This document shows, piece after piece, positions 9,860 to 19,517 of a DNA stretch of 28,078 bases. The notes below the pieces were generated by a model. It was not told the origin of the DNA. It saw only the letters and a program-made list of their open reading frames with translations, and ran no database searches. The stretch covers positions 1 to 28,078 of the forward strand of contig JAYSVQ010000023.1 in assembly GCA_043718485.1 (NCBI GenBank), given 5' to 3'. Position 1 is the stretch's first letter. Every line of letters starts with the position of its first letter. The stretch comes from Bacteroidota bacterium (GTDB lineage: Bacteria; Bacteroidota; Bacteroidia; J057; JADKCL01). The position numbers and the translations under genes were made by a program.

Positions 9860-12800
9860 ATGACATTTAGGAATTTGAAAAAGGTTTGTTTGCTTTTGTG
9901 TATGACCTTCGCATTTGGTCAGGGAAAAGCCTCCCACATGATGGGTGTAGACTTAAATTATGAGTGCATAAACAATTGCACCATTAGAGTGCATCTCAGG
10001 GCTTATCGCGATTGTACCGGTGCATCCTCAATCGGAAACAATGTGATTTTTACAGGCCAAAACGCAAGTTGCGTTACGCCTGTCGCCTTAGGTCCTTGGT
10101 CAACCCAAGTTACAACTGAGGTTACCCCGGTTTGCCCCAACTGGCCCACACGGTGCACCAGTTCGACTGCAACATTAAATGGCGTTCAAGAATTTTACTG
10201 GTATAGAGATTACAATATTTGCGCAGCAAGCAATTGTATTTTTACCTTGTCTTGGACAGACTGTTGTAGAAATGGCTCCATTACATCGGGTGCGGCGAAT
10301 CAAACCATGTACATTGGCGCAACTACCTTAAACACAACCCTTCCCATTTGTAATTCCTCAGCCTTTTTTGCTAACCCTCCTGTACCTTATATATGTGCAG
10401 GGCAGCCCTTTACCTTTAATCAAGGCGCCTTCGACAATGACGGTGACTCTTTAAGTTATTCCCTTGGCCCTTGCTTTCAATCTGCTGGTGGACAGGTTAC
10501 CTATAATGCTGGGTTCAGCGCAACGGCCCCTCTAGGTTCAACATGGAATTGTTCAATTGATGCGCAGACGGGTGACATTTCCTTAATCCCAAACCCAGGT
10601 AGCACCTTAACGGCTGTGCTTTGTGTTTATGTAACCGAATGGAGAAATGGGGTGGCGATTAATAATATCGTGAGGGACATTCAAATTACGGTCTTGAACT
10701 GTCCAAGCAATAATCTTCCATCAAGTACTGGTGTTTCGGCCTTGTCAGGTGGAGTTCAAAATGCCCCTTTTGAGGTTACAGTTTGTAGCGGCACCCCACT
10801 ATCATTTAACCTACCTGCTACTGACCCGAATGCGGGTCAGGTTGTGAGAATGTATTGGAATCATAATATTCCTACAGGTCAGTTTTATGAAACCGGAAAT
10901 CCTGGTGTTATTGACACCATTTCAGGAACAAATCCTTCAGCGACTTTTAATTGGACACCCACAACCGTTGGTCTTCACACCTTCTTAATTACGATTAAAG
11001 ACGATGCTTGTCCGATTATTGGACGAAATCAATATACAGTAAAAATAAATGTGATTTCCGGATTACAGGGCGCATCTGCTACCTGGAATCCAATTGGATG
11101 TACAAATATTCAATTCACAGCAAACCCAGGAATAAACGGAACAGCACCCTTCTCCTATTTATGGACGGGTACTGGTAATATTGGCACCAATCCTGGTGCT
11201 TCAACAGGTTCGTTTGGTCATACTTACCCAGGACCTAGCACCTATTTATACTCTGTAACTATTACAGACAATTATGGCTGTACAGAAACTATAGACGATT
11301 CCCTTTCTGTATTGACGGGTCCAACTGCTGATGCAGGCCCGGATGTTTCATTGTGTTCTGGTTTTACAACCAATATTGGTGCACCCTTTATTCCCGGTCA
11401 AACCTATAGTTGGTCGCCTCCAGCCGGTGTAAGTAATCCTGCTGCGGCAAACCCAACCGTGACCTTGACCAACACGGGTCCGGGCCCAATTACGCAGACC
11501 TTTACATTAACAGCTTCGGATGCTTTTTGCACCGCAACCGATATGGTAACCATAACGATTTATCCAAACCCGGTACCCACGATTACAGGAAATTTGAGTA
11601 TTTGCAATGGAAACTCCACTACCTTGACCGCAAGTGGAGGTTCAAATTATACATGGAGCACAGGTGCAACCACATCTTCCATTACTATTAATCCTGCCCA
11701 AACCACTACCTACACAGTTACTGCAGCAACCAATGGATGTGCAAGTCCGCCTGTTTCCGCAACTGTTACGGTTTCACCAGGTCCTTTGGCCATTGTTTCT
11801 GGTCCTACAGATGTTTGCCCTGGTTCGAGTGCAAATTTAACTGTCGTTGGCGGTACCTCATGGCAATGGAATACCGGGCCAACAACCCAAACCATTACCT
11901 TATCAAATTTACAAACTACGACTACCGTTTCGGTTACAGCAGCTAACGGAACCTGTGTTGGCCCTCCGACTAGTTATACGGTAAATATCTTACCTACACC
12001 TGTGGCGGGTTTTGTGAGCCCAACTGTTTGTCACGAACAAAGCATGCAATTCGGAGATAATACAACCTATCCCAACGGCTTAAATTCGGGATGGAATTGG
12101 AGTTTTGGAGATCCACTTTCTGGTCCTGATAACACTTCTCCATTATCTAATCCAATTCATGTTTTTTCCGGTCCGGGAACGTATTCTACAACCCTTATCG
12201 TAACTGCAGGAAACGGCTGCAAAGATACAATTTCACAAAATGTAACTGTATTAGATTTGCCTAATCCCGCATTCTCTTTCTCAAATGTGTGCGAAGGAAG
12301 TTCTGTTTCATTTATAGACCAAACCCCGGGTACGATAAGTGCATGGAATTGGTCTTTTGGTGATGGCAGCACCTCAACCCAACAAAACCCAACCGTATTG
12401 TATGCAAGTCCAAACGGGTATAATGTTACTCTTTGGGTAACTGATAATGCAGGATGTCAAGAAAAATCAGTTCGTACTGTTTTTGTTCATCCGAATCCGA
12501 TTGCTGATTTTTCTTACATCAATAAGTGTTTCTCAACCATTACTGATTTTAAGGACGAAACGGTATTGAATGATCCTTTTGGTACTCAACTTTCATCTTG
12601 GTCTTGGGATTTTGGCAACCCTATTTCTGGGACAAATAATTTCTCTGACCTAAGAAATCCAAGGCATCTTTATTCACCAGGAAATTACCAAGCAACCTTA
12701 ACCTCAACGTCTTCTGTTGGTTGCGTTGGCACGGTTACCTTGCCCGTTTTGGTGGAATCACCACAAGAAATGATAATGCTTCAGGATACGGTTTGCCAAG

Positions 12801-13552
12801 GATTTGTTGCAGAATTATCAATTGTGAATCCATACCCACAATACGGCGTCTTTTGGTTTGACAATTATACTGCTACTACGCCTATTTTTATTGGTCCGGT
12901 CTTTACTACTCCTGCAATCGTGGCAGGGTTAGGAACGTATTTTGTAACCGTGAGAGATAATTACGGATGCGAATTGCCGAGAACAATGATACAAGCTCAT
13001 AACCATCCCGTACTTTATTCAGGCCCTTTAGCTGACCGTCAAGAGGTTGAAATTCCAAATGCAACCGTAGAATTTACCCTTATTAATTATGCTCAGGTTA
13101 GAGATAATATCGTGTCTGTATTATGGGATTTTGGAGACAGATCTTCGGCGATTGAACCGAGTGTAATTCATCAATATACCAAAGAGGGGGTTTACGACAT
13201 TGAACTTACGCTTATGGATATATTTGGTTGTATCTGGAAATATGACCTTCCTGAATACATTGAAGTAGATGAGGTTGTAAACCTATGGGTGCCGAATGCC
13301 TTTTCACCTAACAGCGACGAAAAGAATGAGTATTTTGAAGTAAAGACCCAATTGATAACCGAGTTCCAAATTGGTGTATATGATCGTTGGGGCAAACTCA
13401 TGTTTGAAAGCACAAATGTAAATTTCCGCTGGGATGGAAAAACGCCTGAAGGTACTTTAGCACCAGAAGGGGTTTATATGTATGTCATTCGGGGCCGCAA
13501 TTTTAGTGGCTTTGAGGTTGAAAAATCCGGCAGCGTTACCTTATTACGTTAA
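9860..13552 (+). CDS. PKD/Ig-like repeat surface protein with T9SS type-B (gliding-motility-associated) C-terminal domain
   Basis: Signal peptide; SHMMGVDLNYEC/YRDC/CCRN N-domain; four WxFG(D/N) PKD repeats; C-terminus VPNAFSPNSD...YDRWG...WDG...GVY...GSVTLLR. Start at ATG 9860. Confidence 0.9.
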   Translation: MTFRNLKKVCLLLCMTFAFGQGKASHMMGVDLNYECINNCTIRVHLRAYRDCTGASSIGNNVIFTGQNASCVTPVALGPWSTQVTTEVTPVCPNWPTRCTSSTATLNGVQEFYWYRDYNICAASNCIFTLSWTDCCRNGSITSGAANQTMYIGATTLNTTLPICNSSAFFANPPVPYICAGQPFTFNQGAFDNDGDSLSYSLGPCFQSAGGQVTYNAGFSATAPLGSTWNCSIDAQTGDISLIPNPGSTLTAVLCVYVTEWRNGVAINNIVRDIQITVLNCPSNNLPSSTGVSALSGGVQNAPFEVTVCSGTPLSFNLPATDPNAGQVVRMYWNHNIPTGQFYETGNPGVIDTISGTNPSATFNWTPTTVGLHTFLITIKDDACPIIGRNQYTVKINVISGLQGASATWNPIGCTNIQFTANPGINGTAPFSYLWTGTGNIGTNPGASTGSFGHTYPGPSTYLYSVTITDNYGCTETIDDSLSVLTGPTADAGPDVSLCSGFTTNIGAPFIPGQTYSWSPPAGVSNPAAANPTVTLTNTGPGPITQTFTLTASDAFCTATDMVTITIYPNPVPTITGNLSICNGNSTTLTASGGSNYTWSTGATTSSITINPAQTTTYTVTAATNGCASPPVSATVTVSPGPLAIVSGPTDVCPGSSANLTVVGGTSWQWNTGPTTQTITLSNLQTTTTVSVTAANGTCVGPPTSYTVNILPTPVAGFVSPTVCHEQSMQFGDNTTYPNGLNSGWNWSFGDPLSGPDNTSPLSNPIHVFSGPGTYSTTLIVTAGNGCKDTISQNVTVLDLPNPAFSFSNVCEGSSVSFIDQTPGTISAWNWSFGDGSTSTQQNPTVLYASPNGYNVTLWVTDNAGCQEKSVRTVFVHPNPIADFSYINKCFSTITDFKDETVLNDPFGTQLSSWSWDFGNPISGTNNFSDLRNPRHLYSPGNYQATLTSTSSVGCVGTVTLPVLVESPQEMIMLQDTVCQGFVAELSIVNPYPQYGVFWFDNYTATTPIFIGPVFTTPAIVAGLGTYFVTVRDNYGCELPRTMIQAHNHPVLYSGPLADRQEVEIPNATVEFTLINYAQVRDNIVSVLWDFGDRSSAIEPSVIHQYTKEGVYDIELTLMDIFGCIWKYDLPEYIEVDEVVNLWVPNAFSPNSDEKNEYFEVKTQLITEFQIGVYDRWGKLMFESTNVNFRWDGKTPEGTLAPEGVYMYVIRGRNFSGFEVEKSGSVTLLR

Positions 13553-13577
13553 TAATTTTCCACGAGGAAATAGTCTG

Positions 13578-13606
13578 AAAGCCACCCTTAGGGGTGGTTT
13601 TTTTTT
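13578..13606 (+). terminator. Rho-independent terminator
   Basis: aaagccaccc-tta-ggggtggttt hairpin running into a 9-T tract, 25 nt after the adhesin stop. Confidence 0.85.
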
Positions 13607-13620
13607 GGTTATTGGCAAGG

Positions 13621-13628
13621 TATCTTTG
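13621..13628 (+). promoter_or_regulatory. Bacteroidota -7 promoter element for the ccm operon
   Basis: TATCTTTG(C) exact TAnnTTTG match just after the terminator, 4 nt before the ccmB ATG. Confidence 0.65.
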
Positions 13629-13632
13629 CGCC

Positions 13633-14298
13633 ATGGCTACTTGGTTAAGAGAAACAACCGCACTACTAGAAAAAGAATTTCGGGTGGAATGGAAACAGAA
13701 GTATGCGATGAATGGCCTTTTTCTTTATGCCATCGTTATGGTATTTATTGTTTCGCTGGCCATTGGCAATCAGATGGAGCCCGAATTCTGGAATCTTCTC
13801 TTCTGGATTTTGATGCTCTTTATTTCTGTAAATGCAGTCGCGCGAAGCTTTATGGCTGAGTCTAAAGGCCAAATGCTGTATCAATTCAACCTTGCGGGAC
13901 CTTCGGCTGTTTTTTTTTCAAAATTAATTTACAATTTCCTTGTACTGCTTGCTGCCGGTTTTGTAACCGCTTTTTTTTGCCAATTTTTTAACCCTCAAGA
14001 AATACGACAGCCCGGCCTTTACTTTTTCGGTGTTTTTCTTGGCGCAATTGGCTTTTCATCCAATTTAACGCTGGTTTCATCCATTACTTCGAGTGCAGGA
14101 AACAAAAGCACTTTATTCGCTGTTTTAAGCTTTCCATTAACTTTGCCCTTGATGCTCAGCCTAATTCGAATAACTAAGAACGCCATGGAGGGCGAAAATT
14201 GGAGTGATTCAAGCCCAGACTTAATATTTACTGCAACCTTTATTGTCATTATTTCTTCCGTTTCCTTTATTTTGTTTCCCTCTTTATGGAGGGAGTAA
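13633..14298 (+). CDS. ccmB: Heme exporter protein CcmB
   Basis: LLEKEFRVEW, six TM helices, LFAVLSFPLTLP; first gene of the ccm cluster; start moved to ATG 13633. Confidence 0.88.
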   Translation: MATWLRETTALLEKEFRVEWKQKYAMNGLFLYAIVMVFIVSLAIGNQMEPEFWNLLFWILMLFISVNAVARSFMAESKGQMLYQFNLAGPSAVFFSKLIYNFLVLLAAGFVTAFFCQFFNPQEIRQPGLYFFGVFLGAIGFSSNLTLVSSITSSAGNKSTLFAVLSFPLTLPLMLSLIRITKNAMEGENWSDSSPDLIFTATFIVIISSVSFILFPSLWRE

Positions 14299-14301
14299 AA
14301 A

Positions 14302-15015
14302 GTGCAGAAGGAAAGCTATAGATGGATTTATAAAATCACAGGAATCCTGCTCGTTACCTATGGGTTTTGGAGGGGATTGAGTTTGGAGATACCCAATATC
14401 CCGATACTGGAAGAAACGTGGCGTAACATCATCTTTCACGTTCCAATGTGGTATTGCATGATGGTAATGTTGTTGATTTCACTTGCATACAGCATTATCT
14501 ACCTAAATCGCCCAAATGAAAAAACGGATTTACGTGCTTCTGTTGCTGCGCAAATAGGTTTATTGTTTGGATTATTAGGCCTCGCAACGGGTATTGTTTG
14601 GTCAAGAGTAACCTGGGGTTCGGCCATCGCATCTGATTTTAATTTTAAAGCATGGTGGTCTTGGGACCCCAAACAAACCTCTGCTCTTTTTCTTATTCTT
14701 ATCTATTTAGGATATTTTTTATTGAGAAGCAGTTTAGAAGAGCCCGAACAAAAAGCCAGAATCTCTGCAGTGTTTAATCTATTTGCAGCTGCGATGATTA
14801 TTCCCACCTTTTATTTAATTCCCAAATTTTTAGGTGGCTTGCATCCAGGTTCAGGAGAAGAGGGTCCACTTGCCTCCTTAAAAAGTTTATCCGCAAATCA
14901 CAGATTATTGGTTTTGCCAACGGCGCTCGGCTTTTTACTCATCGGCCTGTGGTTGATGGAAATAAAAATCAGAATACGTACCCTTCAAGAAAAAATGGAT
15001 TCCCAAGCCTTATGA
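14302..15015 (+). CDS. ccmC: Heme exporter/delivery protein CcmC
   Basis: HVP and LHP heme-ligand His, WWD motif WG...WWSWDPKQT; GTG start. Confidence 0.9.
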   Translation: MQKESYRWIYKITGILLVTYGFWRGLSLEIPNIPILEETWRNIIFHVPMWYCMMVMLLISLAYSIIYLNRPNEKTDLRASVAAQIGLLFGLLGLATGIVWSRVTWGSAIASDFNFKAWWSWDPKQTSALFLILIYLGYFLLRSSLEEPEQKARISAVFNLFAAAMIIPTFYLIPKFLGGLHPGSGEEGPLASLKSLSANHRLLVLPTALGFLLIGLWLMEIKIRIRTLQEKMDSQAL

Positions 15016-15212
15016 CATTTCTCAGCATCTTTCTTCAAATCGCTTCTTCCGAATCGAGACTTCTTTTTCAAAACGGAAAAATATTTACCGTAATCGTGGT
15101 TTTATTTTTGATTTTTCTCGGCTTCGTATTCTATTTATTTTTTACAGAACGTAAATTAAAATCACTTGAGAAAAAATTTCAAGAATTCGAAAAAAGAAAT
15201 TTAGGATTATGA
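15012..15212 (+). CDS. ccmD: CcmD-family small membrane protein
   Basis: 66 aa from ATG 15012 (ATGA overlap with ccmC); GKIFTVIVVLFLIF single TM followed by charged ERKLKSLEK; position between ccmC and ccmE. Confidence 0.75.
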   Translation: MTFLSIFLQIASSESRLLFQNGKIFTVIVVLFLIFLGFVFYLFFTERKLKSLEKKFQEFEKRNLGL

Positions 15213-15625
15213 GTAAAGTAAGATTGATTTTGTTAATTATATTAGCAGGCGCCTTTGGGTTAGCATTTACCTTTTTTTTCATGAGCAATCTTTTTTCTGA
15301 AGCGAGCATCTATACTGATTTCACTAAGGCTGAATCCCTAAATAAAAAAGTTCATGTTGTAGGAAAATGGACACGTCGCGATGATTATTTCTATGACAGC
15401 CAAAGAGACGTACTCGATTTTTGGATGGCCGATTCTTTGCAAAGGGAGGTAAAAGTTCGCTTTCATGATCCCATGCCGGCCAATTTTGAATCCGCAGAAA
15501 AAATTGTCGTAATTGGTAAAATGGAAGATGGCCATTTTGAAGCTGATCATATTCAAATGAAATGTCCTTCCAAATACAATAAGGAAGAAATTGAAGACCC
15601 TTCCCAACCCAATCTCTCAAACTAA
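15209..15625 (+). CDS. ccmE: Heme chaperone CcmE, CxxxY variant
   Basis: N-terminal anchor, OB-fold-like body, PANFESAEKIVVIG, KCPSKY heme-binding motif. Confidence 0.9.
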   Translation: MSKVRLILLIILAGAFGLAFTFFFMSNLFSEASIYTDFTKAESLNKKVHVVGKWTRRDDYFYDSQRDVLDFWMADSLQREVKVRFHDPMPANFESAEKIVVIGKMEDGHFEADHIQMKCPSKYNKEEIEDPSQPNLSN

Positions 15626-18600
15626 ATGGAATTTAATGGAGGTAAACTCGGCGAGTTATTTGCAGCATTATCTTTTTCTGCATCCCTCGTTGCAAGTTTT
15701 TCATTTTTTTTAGCCGAAAGAAGAAATAATTCCGAAAAAAAGGGATGGGAAAAAATCGGAAAATCAGCCTTTTTGATTCATTCCCTCAGTGTGGTCGGCG
15801 TTTTTTCTAGTCTTTTTTATCTCATCGCCAGTCATCAATATCAATTTCATTATGTGTGGGCGCACTCCTCAAACGAGTTGCCGATTTATTATATGATTTC
15901 TTGTTTTTGGGAAGGACAAGAAGGCAGTTTTCTATTGTGGACGTTTTGGCACGCTGTGTTAGGGTGTATTTTATTATTCAACAAAACTGAATGGAGAAAT
16001 CCGGTAATGGCAGTCATCGCTTCGGTGCAGGCTATTCTCTCTTCCATGATTTTAGGGGTCTTCCTTAGCAAAACCGAAACCCAATGGGTTTTTCTCCTTG
16101 CCGTTTTTGGACCCTCCTTGTGGTTGCTTTTCAATAGTGGAAAGGAAAATAATCTCTTGGGAAGGAAAGGGCTTCCGGCTACAGTATCCATAATTATTTC
16201 ATTGGTAATTGCAGGCATGACCTTCAATGATTTTCATGGATTTTGGGCTGTGTTAAAAACAGGTCAATTTGTTGGTCTTGAAAATTTTCTAGGTTGGTTA
16301 CTCGCTTTTGCCTTTTTGCTTTCCATCGTTTGGCTTTTCGTCTTGCTTTTTCAAGCTGCTTTTTCAAAACAACAAACGTATTCCGGTATTTCAATTTTGA
16401 TTTTGGCCTGGAGCATTGTGCTTTTTGGCATCACCCTACAAACAGGATTAGCCCCCTGGAAAATAGGAAGCAGCCCATTCACGTTGTTAAAAGACGCTTT
16501 GCCTAACGCACCCGTTTTTATTCTCAACCCTGAATTTGTGCCCTTAAATGGAAATGGATTAAATCCACTTTTACAGAATTATTGGATGGTCATTCATCCA
16601 CCCACTTTATTTTTAGGTTTCGCCTCTACTCTCATTCCATTCGCCTACGCCATTTCAGGCTTGTTACGAAAAGACGTTACCGGATGGATAAGACCCTCTT
16701 CCCCTTGGTTGGTATTCTCAGTCATGATTCTTGGGGTAGGCATTATTATGGGTGGGTATTGGGCTTATGAAACCCTAAGCTTTGGAGGCTACTGGAATTG
16801 GGATCCGGTAGAAAATGCATCCTTCGTTCCCTGGCTTACCGGAATCGCATCTCTTCATGGATTACTTGCATGGCGAAAATCAAAATCCTTTTTGGGTTTT
16901 TCCATGGCGCTTGTCCTCAGCACATTTCTATTAGTATTGTACTCTACCTTTTTGACGAGAAGCGGAATTTTAGGAGAAGCTTCTGTTCATACTTTCACCG
17001 ATTTAGGTTTATCGGGCCAGTTGCTTTTACTGCTTGGCGCGTATTGCCTCGCTGTTTTCGTGTTGTTTGTATTCAGACTAAAGGACCTCACCGGACCAAA
17101 CAAAGACATCCCTTTTATTTCAAAAGAATTTTTTCTTTTTCTTGGAACCCTTACCATCATTTTTGCTGCCTTGGGCATTTGTCTTGCAACTTCATTACCT
17201 GTTATTAACAAGCTTTTAGGAACCCATCTTGCCCCACCACCCGATGTTCCTTTTTTCTATTTCAAATGGAATGTTTGGTTTGCTATTCTCATTGGCATTC
17301 TATCGGGAATCGGACAATTTTTGTACTGGAGACGAATCGAAAAAAAGGACATGCTAAAGTCTTTGTTTCGTCCTTTTTTGTTGGCCATTATCTCCTCCTC
17401 CATTATTCTCATTTTACTCGCCCTCAATCGATGGACATTTGCCTACGAAAACCAGTATCGTGATTGGTTAGAATTAGCTGGCTTGAGTGAGAATTTTATA
17501 AATAAGGCAAGTTATTATATTCAATTTTTTGTCGTCGGATTTGCAGATGAATTCTTGTTAACTAGTGCGCTTTTTATGGCTTTTTCAGCTATTGATGTTG
17601 CCTATCATCTGTTAAAAAGTGGTGGTGCAAAACGAATCCGAATTCTGGGTGGCACTTTTGCTCATACGGGATTTGGCTTGATGCTCATGGGTTTTGTTTT
17701 TTCCTCCGGGTATAGCTCGATTGTTTCCAAAAATATGAATCCGACCGAACTCACCCTTTTTGATGAAAATGAGAGAACAGACAATGTGCTTTTGGTAAAA
17801 AACAAACCGCGATTCATAAATGGATATCAAGTAACTTATAAAGGAAAAAAACAGGCGATAATACCCTTGCGTCGTTTCGAAATTTTAGAAAAAAATAATT
17901 CGTCTTTTAAATTTTCTTTCCTCGATAGTCTGGGCGAAAAATTTAGTCATGAATTGCCATTAACTCATTTTTTCACTTTAGCCTCTGAAGCAACTCAGTT
18001 TCTCGACACCTTTTTTCTGCAACAATACATGGAAGAAAGGTTGAGTTATTTGCAACCTAAACTTATTAATTCCCGATCCTTATACGGAGTAGAATTTGTT
18101 CCCCTGCTCAACTCAACAGAAAATCTGGATTTAGATTCATCCAAAATTTTTACGCTTTGGCCAGAAGCTGAAATTAATAAGGGAATGGGCCTTATTGCCC
18201 ATCCCTCTCGCAAAATGTATTTGAATCGTGATTTATACATTCATGTAAGTTCAATTCCCAAAGAAGATGAGGAACGAAAGTTTAAAAATCAGTTTTTAGA
18301 TTTAAGCATTGGGCAAACGGATTCTATTCCCGGAGGGAAAATCCAATTAATTTCTTTGACGAATGAGGATGCAACTGACCTTTACGAATTAATCGTGAGA
18401 GCAGATTTCAAAATAATTAAGGAAGACCAAGAATTAACCGCTCAGGTCAAGTTTAGGGTTTCAAGAAAAAACGAAGTACATCCGGGGGTTACCTGGCTCG
18501 AAGGCCCTCGTTGTATTGTTTCCTTTCTGGGCATAGACCCTGATCGCGAGAAAATGCAGTTTTCGGTGCAGGTTGAGGAAAATCCAAAAGAAGATTTTAT

Positions 18601-18709
18601 TGTTTTAAAGGCCATTCACAAACCTTGGATTGGTTTGGTTTGGCTTGGCACTTTTGTGCTCGTCATTGGTTTTATCTTAAGTATCATGCGCAGAAGGAGC
18701 GAAATATAA
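15626..18709 (+). CDS. ccmF: Cytochrome c heme lyase subunit CcmF, unusually long (1027 aa)
   Basis: WEGQEGSFLLW, NPLLQNYWMVIHPP, GGYWNWDPVENAS, four conserved His (H324, H411, H455, H680). Confidence 0.92.
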   Translation: MEFNGGKLGELFAALSFSASLVASFSFFLAERRNNSEKKGWEKIGKSAFLIHSLSVVGVFSSLFYLIASHQYQFHYVWAHSSNELPIYYMISCFWEGQEGSFLLWTFWHAVLGCILLFNKTEWRNPVMAVIASVQAILSSMILGVFLSKTETQWVFLLAVFGPSLWLLFNSGKENNLLGRKGLPATVSIIISLVIAGMTFNDFHGFWAVLKTGQFVGLENFLGWLLAFAFLLSIVWLFVLLFQAAFSKQQTYSGISILILAWSIVLFGITLQTGLAPWKIGSSPFTLLKDALPNAPVFILNPEFVPLNGNGLNPLLQNYWMVIHPPTLFLGFASTLIPFAYAISGLLRKDVTGWIRPSSPWLVFSVMILGVGIIMGGYWAYETLSFGGYWNWDPVENASFVPWLTGIASLHGLLAWRKSKSFLGFSMALVLSTFLLVLYSTFLTRSGILGEASVHTFTDLGLSGQLLLLLGAYCLAVFVLFVFRLKDLTGPNKDIPFISKEFFLFLGTLTIIFAALGICLATSLPVINKLLGTHLAPPPDVPFFYFKWNVWFAILIGILSGIGQFLYWRRIEKKDMLKSLFRPFLLAIISSSIILILLALNRWTFAYENQYRDWLELAGLSENFINKASYYIQFFVVGFADEFLLTSALFMAFSAIDVAYHLLKSGGAKRIRILGGTFAHTGFGLMLMGFVFSSGYSSIVSKNMNPTELTLFDENERTDNVLLVKNKPRFINGYQVTYKGKKQAIIPLRRFEILEKNNSSFKFSFLDSLGEKFSHELPLTHFFTLASEATQFLDTFFLQQYMEERLSYLQPKLINSRSLYGVEFVPLLNSTENLDLDSSKIFTLWPEAEINKGMGLIAHPSRKMYLNRDLYIHVSSIPKEDEERKFKNQFLDLSIGQTDSIPGGKIQLISLTNEDATDLYELIVRADFKIIKEDQELTAQVKFRVSRKNEVHPGVTWLEGPRCIVSFLGIDPDREKMQFSVQVEENPKEDFIVLKAIHKPWIGLVWLGTFVLVIGFILSIMRRRSEI

Positions 18710-19506
18710 TGGAGCGCCCTGCAGAAACAGCAGGTATTATTGGCTCCGGAAATTTAGCCTGGAGTCTCGCAGCCAACCTGCAAAAATTTCATTTTTCTGT
18801 TGAGCAGGTTATTTCGCGCAACCCTGAAACTGCGAAGCAGATTTCTAAAGAATTTCAAATTCCGGCATGTGAATCTGACCTCGAAAAGATCTTTCCTGAT
18901 TTGGATATGGTTTTTCTTTGTGTTCCTGACGATACATTGCCTTTGGTCGCCGAAAAATTAAAACACTTAAAAGGGCATGAAACCTTATTCATTCATTGTT
19001 CCGGTGCTTCCAACCTTCAAACTTTGTTGTCTTTAGGTGAAAATATTGGGGTGATGTGGCCATTGCAAACCTTTCGCTTTGGCAGAACGCTGGATTTGTT
19101 GCCTGTTCCTTTATTCATTGAAAGTGATGGTAATGCCTTGGTCAAACTCAGAGAAATCGCTTTTACTTTATCCAACAAAGTTATTTTTCAGGACTCAGAA
19201 AATCGCCTGAAAATGCATCTTGCGGCTGTATTAGCTGGAAATTTCAGCACCTTTTTAATTTCTGAGGCAGAAAAAATATCGGAAGACATAGGTGCAGGAA
19301 ATATTAAACTCTTTGAAAGTTATCTTAAAGAAGTGATTGAAAAGTCTTTGGAACTTGGCCCGGATCAAGCCTTAACCGGACCTGCAAGAAGGGGAGATCA
19401 AGAGACCATAAAACGACATTTGCAATTGTTGAAGAATGCCGGAAAACCAGATTTAGAAGAGATTTATTTGAAAATTTCAGCTCTAATTGGAAAAAAATAT
19501 TCTTAA
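18709..19506 (+). CDS. Rossmann-like + DUF2520 domain oxidoreductase
   Basis: IIGSGNLA dinucleotide-binding motif, VPDD, HCSGA, TGPARRGD; start at ATG 18709 (TAATG overlap). Confidence 0.85.
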   Translation: MERPAETAGIIGSGNLAWSLAANLQKFHFSVEQVISRNPETAKQISKEFQIPACESDLEKIFPDLDMVFLCVPDDTLPLVAEKLKHLKGHETLFIHCSGASNLQTLLSLGENIGVMWPLQTFRFGRTLDLLPVPLFIESDGNALVKLREIAFTLSNKVIFQDSENRLKMHLAAVLAGNFSTFLISEAEKISEDIGAGNIKLFESYLKEVIEKSLELGPDQALTGPARRGDQETIKRHLQLLKNAGKPDLEEIYLKISALIGKKYS

Positions 19507-19517
19507 GGATTTTTTAC

